Part shown: positions 15,251 through 24,749 of the stretch, in pieces
How the letters are laid out: every line of letters starts with the position of its first letter
How positions within the stretch are numbered: the stretch's first letter is position 1
NCBI GenBank assembly: GCA_040349255.1
Contig: JBEQUE010000005.1
Span: forward strand, 2,746-66,745
Origin: Acidobacteriota bacterium
GTDB taxonomy: Bacteria; Acidobacteriota; Thermoanaerobaculia; Multivoradales; UBA5704
DNA length: 64,000 bases
Direction: 5' to 3'
Position numbers and translations under genes: made by a program
The notes under the pieces: model-generated
What the model was told of the DNA's origin: nothing
What the model saw: only the letters and a program-made list of their open reading frames with translations
The model's database searches: none

Positions 15251-16327
15251 TTAGCTTAACGGATGAGCGAACCCGGAACCGAGCAGCTCCCGCGACAACT
15301 CGTCCATCCTCTGCCGGAAGTCCGCCTCCAGGGCCGCCTTCTCGCCCTCCGGCAGGAAGGACTGCCGCAGGGCGGCGAGCGACAGGCCGGCCAGCTCGGC
15401 GGGGGTGTAGCCGAACGCCTCGTGCAGGCGCAGGTACTCGCGGCTCAGGTCGGTGTCGAAGAAGGCGGGGTCGTCCGAATTGACCGAGACCGGGACGCCG
15501 GCCCGGTAGAGGCGGTCGAACGAGTGGCTCTCGACGTCCGGGAAGACGCCGAGGCAGACGTTCGAGCTCGGGCAGACCTCCAGCGGGATGTGCCGGTCGC
15601 AGAGCTCCACGACGAGCGCCGGGTCCTCCACCGCCCGGACGCCGTGGCCGACGCGCTCGGCGCCGCAGACCTCCAGGACCGAGCGGATCGACTCCGGGCC
15701 GGCGTGCTCGCCGGCGTGCGCCACCCGGCGAAGACCTTCCCGGGCCGCGATCTCGAAATGCTCGCGGAACGGCTCGCTCGGGAAGCGCGACTCGCTGCCC
15801 GAGAGGCCCAGGGCCACCACTCCGCGACTCCGGCCGGCCACGGCCCACTCCAGCGTGCGGTCCGCGGCCTCGACGCCCACGTTGCGCACGATGTCCGGAA
15901 TGAGCCGGAGCCGCGAGCCGAAGCGCCGCTCCCCCTCCGCCATCGCCTCTTCGAGCGCGGCCAGGATCTCGTCTCCGTTGCCGCCGTTCGCGAGATGGGT
16001 GGAGATCGTGAAGTGGGTCTCGGTGTAGACCACGCCCTGCCCGGCCTGAGCCTCCACGAAGTCGAGCGCCAGGAGCTTGAAATCCTCGGGCCTGCGCAGC
16101 GCCCGCGAGCACGTGAGGTAGACCTGGACGAAGTGCTCGAAGTCGCGGAAGCGGAACCAGTTGCGGAGCCCCTCCTCGTCGCCGGCCGGCAGGTCGACGC
16201 CGTTGCGCCGCGCCAGCTCCAGGAGGACGCCGGGACGCATGGCGCCTTCCAGGTGGACGTGCAGCTCCACCTTGGGCATCCGCCGGAGGAAGAGCTCGAC
16301 GCTCACCGGCTGCTCACCTGTTGGCAA
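15251..16327 (-). CDS. add: Adenosine deaminase
   Basis: VELHVHLEGAMRP metal-binding motif, HAGE, and SVNSDDPAFF near the C-terminus. Confidence 0.9.
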   Translation of the reverse strand: MPTGEQPVSVELFLRRMPKVELHVHLEGAMRPGVLLELARRNGVDLPAGDEEGLRNWFRFRDFEHFVQVYLTCSRALRRPEDFKLLALDFVEAQAGQGVVYTETHFTISTHLANGGNGDEILAALEEAMAEGERRFGSRLRLIPDIVRNVGVEAADRTLEWAVAGRSRGVVALGLSGSESRFPSEPFREHFEIAAREGLRRVAHAGEHAGPESIRSVLEVCGAERVGHGVRAVEDPALVVELCDRHIPLEVCPSSNVCLGVFPDVESHSFDRLYRAGVPVSVNSDDPAFFDTDLSREYLRLHEAFGYTPAELAGLSLAALRQSFLPEGEKAALEADFRQRMDELSRELLGSGFAHPLS

Positions 16328-16835
16328 CTGCGGGGTCGGAGGGTCGGAGGCGGAGACGGAGGCGCTCCAGCACCAGGGCGGGCACCAGGCCGGTGAGGTC
16401 GCCGCCCAGGGCGTAGACCTCCTTGACCAGCCGGCTCGACAGGTAGCTGTAGTCCTCCCGCGGCATCATGAAGACGGTCTCGACGCGCGGGTTCAGGCGG
16501 CGGTTCATGAGCGCCATCTGGAACTCGTACTCGAAGTCCGAGACCGCCCGGAGGCCGCGCACCACGGCGCGGGCGCCGATCCGGTCGATGAAGTCGACGA
16601 GCAGCCCCGAGAAGCTCTCCACCCGGCAGTCCGCCCGGCCGTCGACGAGCGAGCGGATGGTCTCCATCCGCTCGTCCACGGAGAACAGCGGCTTCTTCTG
16701 CTCGTTGTAGAGCACCGCGATGACGACCTCGTCGAACAGCGGCCGGCAGCGCTCGATGATGTCGAGGTGGCCGTTGTGGAGCGGATCGAACGTGCCGGGG
16801 TAAACGGCGATCCTCCTGGTCATCTCGCGGTTCAT
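16314..16835 (-). CDS. coaD: Pantetheine-phosphate adenylyltransferase
   Basis: RIAVYPGTFDPLHNGHLDIIER ... SDFEYEFQMALMNRRL. It is only the last ~170 codons of track ORF 16314..17984. ATG 16835 forms an ATGA overlap with the upstream stop. ATG 16823 is an alternative start. Confidence 0.9.
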   Translation of the reverse strand: MNREMTRRIAVYPGTFDPLHNGHLDIIERCRPLFDEVVIAVLYNEQKKPLFSVDERMETIRSLVDGRADCRVESFSGLLVDFIDRIGARAVVRGLRAVSDFEYEFQMALMNRRLNPRVETVFMMPREDYSYLSSRLVKEVYALGGDLTGLVPALVLERLRLRLRPSDPAVANR

Positions 16836-19003
16836 TTCGCGTCGCGCGCCTCGGAAAGGTTGAAGGTCACCACGTTGTAGGACGCGTCGGTGACCCGGAG
16901 CAGCAGCAGCGCCGGCCTGGCGTTCCCGGTCTCGATCACCAGCGTCTCGGTCTGGCCGTCGATCAGCCCGTCGGCCGACGGCACCGGCTTCCACTCCTGG
17001 GCGTCCACGCTGAACATGGCCTCCCGCAGCGGGCTCGCCGCGTCGCGCACGGTGGCGCGCACCTGGCCGCCCTTCCCAGACGGCCGATCCATCTTGACCA
17101 GGACCGGCGTGGTGTTGTCCACCACCACCGGGTCGCTCACCCGCTCGGCGACCTGGGCGCTGCCGGGGTCGTTCGACGGCCGGTCCGAGGCGCGCAGCCG
17201 GAAGCGGTAGATGCCGTCCGGCAGGGACGTGGCGTCGAACGCGTAGTAGTTGTCCTCCAGCTCGTCCGCGACCCGCAGCCAGTCGCCGTCCGAGGCGGCC
17301 GGCCGGAAGGAGAGCTCGTACTCCAGCCCGTCCTGGTTGGGGTCGGAGGCGGTCCAGCGCAGCGTCCGGAAACCCTTCTTCCACAGCGGCTTGGTGCGGC
17401 CGTCGTCCTCGTCCGCGGGCTGGCCCACGGTGGTGAAGATCCCCTCGCGGGTGGGATGGGCCGGCTCGTAGACCTGGTTCGAGGGGTTGAAGTTCTGCGG
17501 CACCAGGATCTGGCCCGGCTCCAGCGCGCCGAACCCGTCGATGCGCGGGCTCAGGTTCTCCTGCCGGTAGGACAGCTCGGCGGTGTAGAGGACCGGAGGC
17601 GCGGAGTCCGAGTCCATCACGGCCCGCCACTGGACGTAGCGTCCGCGGGGCAGGTCTTCGAGCGCGATCTCCTCGCCCTTCTTCGCCGCCGTCCAGGGCG
17701 ACCAGGTACGGTCCGGCTCGGCGCTCATGCCGCTGCGGAACGAGAAGCGCACCGCGCTGCCGCCCGGCGTCTCGCCGCGCCACCGGAACGTTCCGAACCG
17801 GGCGGCCTGGCCGGCGTCGAGCGCCGCGCTGGTGTAGGTGCCGGTCTTCTCGGTCCGGGCCGTGACCCGGTAGAGCGCCGCCGCGTTCGTGGTGGCGAAC
17901 GCCGGGCCGGCCTCGCCGGGGAGCAGGGCGACGATCTGGCGCTCGTCCACGTCCTTCTCCAGCAGGAGCTGGCGGTCGGACCAACTGTAAAGCTTACCTT
18001 CCAGGCCGGTCGCCGCCCAGAGGCGGCCCCGGGACCACAGCACGTCGTAGACGGTGTCGCCGGCGAAGCTCCAGAGGCTCTCCACCACTCCGGTGGGCGA
18101 GATCGAGAGCAGCTCGCTGCGCGGCCCGGTGGCGCCGGCCGGGCGGGAGCCCGCCGCAGTGTCTGCACCGGCCGCGCCCGCGTCGGGCTGCGCCTGGGCG
18201 TCACCAGCAGCGGGTTGGGAGAGGTCGACCAGGCTGGACTCGGAAGCGACGACGCCGGCGTAGCAGGTGCCGTCCGGCCCCACGGCCAGGGCCACGACCT
18301 CGGGCTCGTCGGCGTCGTAGAGGGTCCGGGCGTTGCCGTCCTTGCCGAGCCGCAGGATGAGCCCCTCGCCCGCGGTGCCGAGCAGGACGTCGCCGTCCGG
18401 CAGCACCTCCATGGAGCGCAGGTGGGTGTCGTCGCTGTCGTAGAGCACCTGGCCGCGGCCGTCGGCTCCCACCTTGAAGAGCTTGCCCTGGGTGCCGGTG
18501 GCGACGAGGAGGCCGCCGTCCTTCGCCCGCGCCAGCGCCCAGATGTAGGTCTCGCCGGGATCGAAGAAGACGTCCGATTTGCCGTTGGCGATGCGGTAGA
18601 CCTTGCCGCGGGGCGAGGTACCGGCGAAGACCGTGCCGTCGGGGTCGGCCCAGACGGCGAAGACCTCGGGCTCCGGCGCGGCGAAGAGCTCGGAGACCTT
18701 TCCCTTCGAGTCGATCCGCAGGACCTTGCCGGCGTTGCCCGTGCCGACCACCCAGCCGTCACCCCCGCCGATACCGCCACCCGCGGCGGAGAGCAGGAAG
18801 GGCTCGCCGATCGAGGCCACGCGCTCGGCGCGCGGGGCGAGCGTCATGCGACCGAGCGAGTCGACGCTCACCCCTTCCAGCGTGCCGGCGAGGAAGCCGG
18901 CCTGGTTCTGGGTCTGGAAGATGTGGACCTGGGTGGCGGCCAGCGGCGCCAGGCCCAGGAGAAGGAACAGCGCGAGTCCGGTCCCCGCCGCCCGTCTCTT
19001 CAA
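16832..19003 (-). CDS. Secreted beta-propeller repeat protein with Y_Y_Y-like C-terminal domain (function unknown)
   Basis: Signal peptide MKRRAAGTGLALFLLLGLAPLAA. Repeated GxVxxL/DGxLxxGT propeller-like blades. C-terminal DGIYRFRLRASD, resembling the two-component-regulator propeller/Y_Y_Y architecture. Confidence 0.6.
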   Translation of the reverse strand: MKRRAAGTGLALFLLLGLAPLAATQVHIFQTQNQAGFLAGTLEGVSVDSLGRMTLAPRAERVASIGEPFLLSAAGGGIGGGDGWVVGTGNAGKVLRIDSKGKVSELFAAPEPEVFAVWADPDGTVFAGTSPRGKVYRIANGKSDVFFDPGETYIWALARAKDGGLLVATGTQGKLFKVGADGRGQVLYDSDDTHLRSMEVLPDGDVLLGTAGEGLILRLGKDGNARTLYDADEPEVVALAVGPDGTCYAGVVASESSLVDLSQPAAGDAQAQPDAGAAGADTAAGSRPAGATGPRSELLSISPTGVVESLWSFAGDTVYDVLWSRGRLWAATGLEGKLYSWSDRQLLLEKDVDERQIVALLPGEAGPAFATTNAAALYRVTARTEKTGTYTSAALDAGQAARFGTFRWRGETPGGSAVRFSFRSGMSAEPDRTWSPWTAAKKGEEIALEDLPRGRYVQWRAVMDSDSAPPVLYTAELSYRQENLSPRIDGFGALEPGQILVPQNFNPSNQVYEPAHPTREGIFTTVGQPADEDDGRTKPLWKKGFRTLRWTASDPNQDGLEYELSFRPAASDGDWLRVADELEDNYYAFDATSLPDGIYRFRLRASDRPSNDPGSAQVAERVSDPVVVDNTTPVLVKMDRPSGKGGQVRATVRDAASPLREAMFSVDAQEWKPVPSADGLIDGQTETLVIETGNARPALLLLRVTDASYNVVTFNLSEARDAK

Positions 19004-20952
19004 CGGCCACCCCCGCCCGTCGAGCCCGTCGAAGACGCCGAGGACACCGTCTCCCCCGTCTCCTCCTGCTTCGGTGTCTCCTCCCCGCCTCCCGGCACGG
19101 GCTCTCGCCGCCGGACCTCCAGGTCGACCCGCACCAGGCCCGAGATGGGCATGGAGAGGGTCTCATCCTTCTCCTGGGCGATGGTGGCGCGCAGCGGCAC
19201 GGCGCTGTCGGACGAGGCCGCTCCCCAGAGCGAGCGCACGGAGCCGGGCAGGCGCGGCATCACCTCGCCGGCCACCGAGAGGCCCGGACCGCCGTAGACG
19301 CCGAGCACCACCAGGTCGCGCCGCGAATGGAGCGAGCGCAGCAGCTTCAGGAGCTGGGGGAAATTCACCGGATCGGCCGGCTCCAGCGTGAGGCGGGCCC
19401 CGTCGGCGCTCGCGCCGTCGCCGATCAGCAGCGAGTAGCGGCCGGCTGGCACGTCCTCCGGCAGGTCGATCGAGACCGAGTGCCGGAAGCGCTCTCCGCG
19501 GTAGGCGGCGAGGTCGAGGTTGATCCCGACCCGATCGCCCGGCCGCACCACGGTGCGGTCGGCCTGGGCGCCCACCAGCGTGGCGGCGCGCGGCTGGAGC
19601 GACTGGGCGACGTCGACCTGGATGTCCTCGAAGCCCACCTTCTCGATCGCGCTCTGGCTCACGTAGGACGCCACGGCCATCAGGAACGCCGCGGCCTCGC
19701 TCGTGGCGCTGTCGCCGTCGAAGCTCTGCTTCACCTCCAGGTCGCCGTACTTCTTCAGCCGGAAGCGGGCGGTCACGTCGAGCCCCTGCGAGCCCGAGGT
19801 GTACGACGCGGATTCGAGGCCCGCCACGAGCGAGCTGCTGACCAGCATCGGGGTGTAGAGCGGCACGTCCGCGAGACGCATCCTGAACTCGCGCGGCTTG
19901 TCGCTGCCGCCGCCCGAGAGGCGCAGCACCATGGGCACGGTCGAGGGCTTGAGGCCGAGCCGCCCCTGGATGCCGGCCTTGCGGTCCTGCTCGAAGGCGC
20001 CGATCTCCTCGCCGAGGTTGGAGATCTTGAAGGAGCTGTTCTGGTTCGAGAGAACCATCACCACCTCGGCGCTCGACATGGGCACGTTGATCGGGCCGAG
20101 ACCGAGGAACGGATGGCCGAAGGCGAGCACCTGGTCGCCGTAGCGGTCGGTCACCGTGCCGATCGCCGCCAGCCGGAAGTCGCCGTCCACCAGCACGATG
20201 CCCACGGCGCTGCCGAGCTTGAGGTCGTTGTCGGTGTCCTCCGGCCGCGCCTTGCCCGCGGAGCTGACCGAGCCGAGCGCCTGGCGCAGGATGCCCATCG
20301 ACTGCTCGCCGAAGCCGGAGGTGGTCCACTGCACGCTCGCCACGCCGTCGTTCGGCATGCGCGGCCGGAGCTTCGCCAGCTCGCGCTGGAAGAGGTCCGG
20401 CGGGATCTTGCCGGAGAGGAGGTCCGTGAGGGGGATCGGCGCATGGGCGGGGACCGGCGGGATCGGCGTGACGGGCTCCATGCCTTTGAGGCCGGAGAGC
20501 CGCCGCATGGACTCGATCGGCGTGATGCCCGCGATGGCCTCGTGCGAGAACGGCCAGCTGAACGCGACCGCGCCGGCCAGGCGGCCGTCGAGGAAGACCG
20601 GGCTGCCGCTCATGCCGGAGGCGACGCCGCTCTTCTCCAGCCCCTTGCCGGTCAGCCGGGCCAGGATGTAGCTCATGTCCACGGCGTTCTGGTTGCGCAG
20701 GATACCGACGACCTCGACCTCGAAGCGCTCGGGCTCGCTGCCGGAGAACACGCTGAGGCCGTAGCCCTTCTGGCCGGCCTTGACCTCGTCGACCGAGATG
20801 ATCGGCAGCTCCTTGGGGCCGAGCCCCTGGCGCTCGACGGGCATCGTGGGCTGGGGGACCTGGGTGGGCGCCTGGGCCGAGGCGACCCCGGGAACCGCGA
20901 GGAGGAGCAGGCCCGCGAGGGTCTGCCGGCGAAGACGGGACAATCGAATCAT
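19000..20952 (-). CDS. Peptidase S55 (SpoIVB-like) family protein, secreted
   Basis: Signal peptide, then KGYGLSVFSGSEPERFEVEVVGIL and the serine motif SGMSGSPVFLDGRLAGAV. Overlaps the next gene by 4 nt. Confidence 0.7.
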   Translation of the reverse strand: MIRLSRLRRQTLAGLLLLAVPGVASAQAPTQVPQPTMPVERQGLGPKELPIISVDEVKAGQKGYGLSVFSGSEPERFEVEVVGILRNQNAVDMSYILARLTGKGLEKSGVASGMSGSPVFLDGRLAGAVAFSWPFSHEAIAGITPIESMRRLSGLKGMEPVTPIPPVPAHAPIPLTDLLSGKIPPDLFQRELAKLRPRMPNDGVASVQWTTSGFGEQSMGILRQALGSVSSAGKARPEDTDNDLKLGSAVGIVLVDGDFRLAAIGTVTDRYGDQVLAFGHPFLGLGPINVPMSSAEVVMVLSNQNSSFKISNLGEEIGAFEQDRKAGIQGRLGLKPSTVPMVLRLSGGGSDKPREFRMRLADVPLYTPMLVSSSLVAGLESASYTSGSQGLDVTARFRLKKYGDLEVKQSFDGDSATSEAAAFLMAVASYVSQSAIEKVGFEDIQVDVAQSLQPRAATLVGAQADRTVVRPGDRVGINLDLAAYRGERFRHSVSIDLPEDVPAGRYSLLIGDGASADGARLTLEPADPVNFPQLLKLLRSLHSRRDLVVLGVYGGPGLSVAGEVMPRLPGSVRSLWGAASSDSAVPLRATIAQEKDETLSMPISGLVRVDLEVRRREPVPGGGEETPKQEETGETVSSASSTGSTGGGGR

Positions 20953-21599
20953 TCTTCCTCTCCCTGGGCTGCGTGGAGCGCCAGCGCCTCGCGCAGCCGA
21001 TCGACGGGGAATCTCCCAGTCCGTAGAACCACAGGTCCGCCCTCCTCTATTGCCACCAGCGTGGAGGGGGGCCCGCCGGGCAGGATTCCGCCGTCCACCA
21101 CCACCGCATCCTCGCCCGCCAGCAGCTCCGCCGCGCCCGCGGGGTCCAGCACCGGTTCTCCACCGCTCGGGTTGGCGCTGGTGGCCGTGAGCCCGTGCCC
21201 CAGCTCGCCGAGCAGGCGCCGCAGGCCGTCGTGGCCCGGAACCCGCACCGCGAGCGCCGACTCCCCCGCGCTGGCCGGAAGCGGCCGCGCAACGGGCAGG
21301 ACCACGGTGAGAGGCCCCGGCCAGCAGGCGGAGAGGGGGATCAGTATAGAAAGGTCCGGATCGATCCCCAAATCCGCGAGCTGCTCCGGTCCGGCCACCA
21401 CCACGGGGAGCGCCTTCCTTGGCTCGCGCCCCTTGATGCGATAGATCGCCTCGACGCCGATCCGGTTCCGCGGATCGGCTCCGAAGCCGTAGCTCGACCC
21501 GGTCGGGATGGCCAGGACGCCGCCCCGCCGCAGCAGCGCGCGCAGCGGCTCGACCGGCTCGCCCGGGCGCCAGAACGGAGCGGGGCTCCGGTCTCTCAT
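20949..21599 (-). CDS. tsaC: L-threonylcarbamoyladenylate synthase (YrdC/TsaC family)
   Basis: LAIPTGSSYGFGADPRN, IYRIKGREPRKALPVVV and SANPSGGEP are typical YrdC-domain motifs. The 216-aa length fits the short TsaC form. Confidence 0.85.
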   Translation of the reverse strand: MRDRSPAPFWRPGEPVEPLRALLRRGGVLAIPTGSSYGFGADPRNRIGVEAIYRIKGREPRKALPVVVAGPEQLADLGIDPDLSILIPLSACWPGPLTVVLPVARPLPASAGESALAVRVPGHDGLRRLLGELGHGLTATSANPSGGEPVLDPAGAAELLAGEDAVVVDGGILPGGPPSTLVAIEEGGPVVLRTGRFPVDRLREALALHAAQGEEE

Positions 21600-23356
21600 G
21601 ATCGACGCCTGGCTTTCGCGGGCTTCGGCGCGGGCCGCGCTCCGCCCTCGATCAGCTCCCGGGCGTGCGACAGCGAGAGCGGCGTCACCGCGGAGCCGGC
21701 GAGCATGCGCGCCACCTCCTCGACCCGGGCGCCGGCGGCCAGCTCCTCGACCTTGACCCGGGTGCGGCCCTTGTCCACGGTCTTGCTCACCTTGAAATGG
21801 GCGTCGGCGAAGCAGGCCACCTGCGGCAGATGGGTGACGGCGAGGATCTGCCCGCCCTCGGCCAGCCGCTGCAGCTTGCGTCCGAGCGCCGCGGCCTCGG
21901 CGCCGCCGATGCCGGTGTCGACCTCGTCGAACACCAGGCTCGGCCGTGCGGTCTCTGCGGCGGTCGCCTCGCCATGGGCGGCGAGCTGGAGGGCGAGGTG
22001 GATGCGCGACAGCTCGCCGCCGGAGGCGATGCGGGCGAGAGGCCGCGGCTCCTCGCCGGGGTTCGGAGCGAACAGAAAGACGACCTGGTCCACGCCGTCG
22101 CGGCCGAAGTCGACCGCCACGCCGTCGAGCACCAAGGGACTGTCGGCGCGCCGCCGCCGCTCCAGGGCCACGCCGAGGCGGGCGCGGCCGAGCCCGAGGT
22201 CCTTGAGCTCGCCCTCGATGCGCTCGACGAGCGCCTTGCCCCAGCGCTCGCGGGCCTGCGAGAGCGCCACGGCCGCGTCGCGGTACTCCCGGAGCGCGGC
22301 GGCCACGCGGGCCTGCAGCTCGTCGCGGTTCTCGGCGTCCCCTTCGAGCTCGGCCAGCTCGGCCTCGATCTCGGCACGGCGGGCGAGGACGGCCACCGTA
22401 TCGCCGCCGTGTTTGCGCGAGAGGCGCTCCAAAAGGGCCAGCCGCTCCTCGATGAAGTCGAGCCGGGCGGGGTCGGCCTCCAGGCCGTCGAGCCGGTGGC
22501 CGAGCGCGGTGGACAGCTCGGCGAGCCGGATGCGCACCTCCTCCAGCTCGGCGTTCCAGGCCGCGGCCTGCGGCTCCCAGGCCTCGACGTCCGCGAGCAG
22601 GCCCTGGCTCTTGCCGACCCGCTCCAGGGCCGAGCCTTCCTCCTCGGAGATCAGGGAGAACGCGGTGCCGAGAGCGCGGGTTATGGCCTCGGCATGGCGC
22701 AGCACCTCGCGCTCGGAGCGCAGCTCGGCGTCCTCGCCGGCGCGGATCTTCGCGGCGTCGATCTCGGACGTTTGGAAGCGCAGCAGGTCGACGCGCTCGC
22801 GCCGCGCCCGGTCGTCGCCGGTCAGGTGCTCCAGCCGCTCGGCGAGCCGCGAGTGCTGGTCGAACGCGGACTCGACCCGACCGAGCAGGGGTCCTCCTTC
22901 AGGGCCGCCGCTCCGGTCGAGCATGCGCTTCTGAAGCTCGGGCTCGACCAGGCCCATCTCGTCGCGCTGGCCGTGGATGCGCAGGAGATACGGCGCGAGG
23001 TCCGAGAGCAGCCGGAGCGTGGTCGGCTGGTCGTTGACGAACACCCGGTTGCGTCCGCTGCGCGCGATCTCGCGCCGCACGAGCACCTCACGGCCTTCGG
23101 CTTCGAGCCCGGCCTCCTCGAAGACCGAGCGCCAGGCGTCGCCTTCGAGCTCGAACACGCCGCTCACCGTGAGCGCTTCGGCGTCGGAGCGGATCATCTC
23201 CGTGCTGGCCCGGGAGCCGGAGAGAAGCGACAGAGAGTCGACGATGATCGACTTGCCCGCCCCGGTCTCACCCGAGAGGATGTTCAGGCCGGCCCCCAGC
23301 TCGACGGAGGCTTCGGCCATGACGGCCAGGTTGCGGACGTGGATTTCGCGCAGCAC
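21596..23356 (-). CDS. recN: DNA repair protein RecN
   Basis: Walker A LNILSGETGAGKSIIVDSL, a long coiled coil, and the C-terminal ASGGELSRIHLAL signature with LVFDEVDTGIGG. GTG start. Confidence 0.95.
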   Translation of the reverse strand: MLREIHVRNLAVMAEASVELGAGLNILSGETGAGKSIIVDSLSLLSGSRASTEMIRSDAEALTVSGVFELEGDAWRSVFEEAGLEAEGREVLVRREIARSGRNRVFVNDQPTTLRLLSDLAPYLLRIHGQRDEMGLVEPELQKRMLDRSGGPEGGPLLGRVESAFDQHSRLAERLEHLTGDDRARRERVDLLRFQTSEIDAAKIRAGEDAELRSEREVLRHAEAITRALGTAFSLISEEEGSALERVGKSQGLLADVEAWEPQAAAWNAELEEVRIRLAELSTALGHRLDGLEADPARLDFIEERLALLERLSRKHGGDTVAVLARRAEIEAELAELEGDAENRDELQARVAAALREYRDAAVALSQARERWGKALVERIEGELKDLGLGRARLGVALERRRRADSPLVLDGVAVDFGRDGVDQVVFLFAPNPGEEPRPLARIASGGELSRIHLALQLAAHGEATAAETARPSLVFDEVDTGIGGAEAAALGRKLQRLAEGGQILAVTHLPQVACFADAHFKVSKTVDKGRTRVKVEELAAGARVEEVARMLAGSAVTPLSLSHARELIEGGARPAPKPAKARRRS

Positions 23357-23425
23357 GCGGTGATCGGGGAAGCTCCAGAGATCGGTCTGCCGGAGGCGAA
23401 AGGGAGTGTATCAGAGGGGGCAACG

Positions 23426-23431
23426 TATAAT
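23426..23431 (+). promoter_or_regulatory. Candidate -10 box (TATAAT) for a leaderless MNT/HEPN transcript
   Basis: A perfect TATAAT lies 6 nt upstream of the MNT ATG (23438), and no Shine-Dalgarno sequence lies between them. Confidence 0.4.
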
Positions 23432-23437
23432 GTCGCC

Positions 23438-23887
23438 ATGGAGAAAACAGGTTCCGACATCGCCGAACGCGCCGAGCGCATCGAAGCGCTCGTCGGCGCC
23501 TGCCGGGAGGTCCTGCGCTCGGAGGGCTCCGACAGGATCGAGGCGGTCTTCCTGTACGGCAGCTCGCTGGACGACGGGTTCAGACCGGACAGCGACGTGG
23601 ACCTGGCCGTCCTGGACGACGGGAAGGACCGCCTGAGCTGGCGCGACCAGGCCCGCCTGATGGACGCCCTGGAGCGTGCGACCGGAAAGGGAGTCGACCT
23701 TCGGATGCTCCGGGAGAGCAGCCCGTCGCACCAGGCGCACGTGCTGGAGCGAGGCCGCCTGGTGTGGTCTCGCGATTCCGGAGTCGTCGAAGGCTACGCC
23801 CTGGACCTCCGAAGCGCCGCGAAGGCCGAGCGCGACCGCGCCGAGTCGGAATGGCCGCGGATGCTGAGACGGCTGGCCGGCCGCTGA
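23438..23887 (+). CDS. Nucleotidyltransferase-domain protein (MNT-type antitoxin)
   Basis: The LYGSSLDDGFRPDSDVDLAVL minimal NTase motif (GS...DxD). It is only the last 149 codons of track ORF 21665..23887. Confidence 0.8.
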   Translation: MEKTGSDIAERAERIEALVGACREVLRSEGSDRIEAVFLYGSSLDDGFRPDSDVDLAVLDDGKDRLSWRDQARLMDALERATGKGVDLRMLRESSPSHQAHVLERGRLVWSRDSGVVEGYALDLRSAAKAERDRAESEWPRMLRRLAGR

Positions 23888-23897
23888 CCCGCGCTCC

Positions 23898-24329
23898 ATG
23901 GTGAACCGCGAGTACCTCCTGGAGCAGTTCCACCTCGCCGAGGAGTATCTCGGGCGGGCCCGGGCGATCGCCGGCCTCTCTCTGGAGGCCTACGTCCAGG
24001 ACAAGAACGCGGTCGACGCGAGCGTCCGCCAGCTCACGGTCTTGTTCGAAACCTGCCACAACATCGGGAAGCACCTGATCTCCCGGCACGAATGGCGCGC
24101 CCCGGGCAGCAAGGCGGAGACCTTCGAGATCCTGGCGGAGCACTCCGTTCTGCCTCTGAACCTGGTCGAGGCCTTCCAGGGAGCCTCCCGCTTCCGGAAC
24201 CTGGTCACCTACCAGACGGCCGTCGTGCGGGACGAGCTGGTCTACGAGGTTCTCAAGAGCCACCTGGAGGACTTCGACCGCTTCCTGTCGTGCGTGGCCC
24301 GCTGGCTGGAGAGCGAAAACCCCGGCTGA
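23898..24329 (+). CDS. HEPN (DUF86-like) protein, cognate partner of MNT
   Basis: 143-aa helical protein 10 nt downstream of MNT. The motif region reads SRFRNLVTYQ, that is RN-x3-Y where RN-x3-H is expected. Confidence 0.75.
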   Translation: MVNREYLLEQFHLAEEYLGRARAIAGLSLEAYVQDKNAVDASVRQLTVLFETCHNIGKHLISRHEWRAPGSKAETFEILAEHSVLPLNLVEAFQGASRFRNLVTYQTAVVRDELVYEVLKSHLEDFDRFLSCVARWLESENPG

Positions 24330-24330
24330 A

Positions 24331-24726
24331 CTACTCCCTCTTCCCGTTCCAGCAGGTCGGCACGAACTCCGGGTCCTCCTGGGCGCGGCGCTCGAAGCTC
24401 AGGAAGTCGTAGTAGCCGCAGCGGGTGGTGGCCGGGTAGAGGCGGCAGATGTCCGGCCGGGCTTCGTAGATCGTGCAGCGCCGGGTCTCGGTGTCCAGGA
24501 ACCGGCAGATCGTGCCGTAGACATGGTCCGGCTGGTGGCGCAGCACCACCTCCCCGGGTTCCTCGCCTTTCTTGGTAAACTTCCGCGCGGCCGATTCCGG
24601 GCTCAGTCCGAAGTGCTCCGCCAGACGGGCGACGTCCGACGGCTGGACCGGAATCCTCGGATAGGAACAGCAGTAGGCGGGACAGCGGTTGCAGTTGTAG
24701 AAGATGGTCAGGCCCACGGCCCGCAT
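24331..24726 (-). CDS. YkgJ-family cysteine-cluster protein (UPF0153)
   Basis: CNRCPAYCCSY plus CRFLDTETRRCTIYEARPDICRLYP, the classical CxxCxxCC ... C pattern. Confidence 0.8.
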   Translation of the reverse strand: MRAVGLTIFYNCNRCPAYCCSYPRIPVQPSDVARLAEHFGLSPESAARKFTKKGEEPGEVVLRHQPDHVYGTICRFLDTETRRCTIYEARPDICRLYPATTRCGYYDFLSFERRAQEDPEFVPTCWNGKRE

Positions 24727-24749
24727 TCTACTCTCCGGAGACCCTTTTC

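Noticed and set aside
16314-17984. A single 556-aa protein from track ORF 16314..17984
   Set aside because: Only the last ~170 codons (RIAVYPGTFDPLHNGH...) are CoaD. The upstream part overlaps the well-supported 16832..19003 gene in another frame and is compositionally artefactual. Likewise, only the 3' parts of 21665..23887 (MNT), 56263..59493 (glgA), 51437..52603 (nadC), 52300..54816 (nadB), 55094..56746 (NrtR-like), 56017..56994 (lipB) and 42660..44930 (mod) are genuine.
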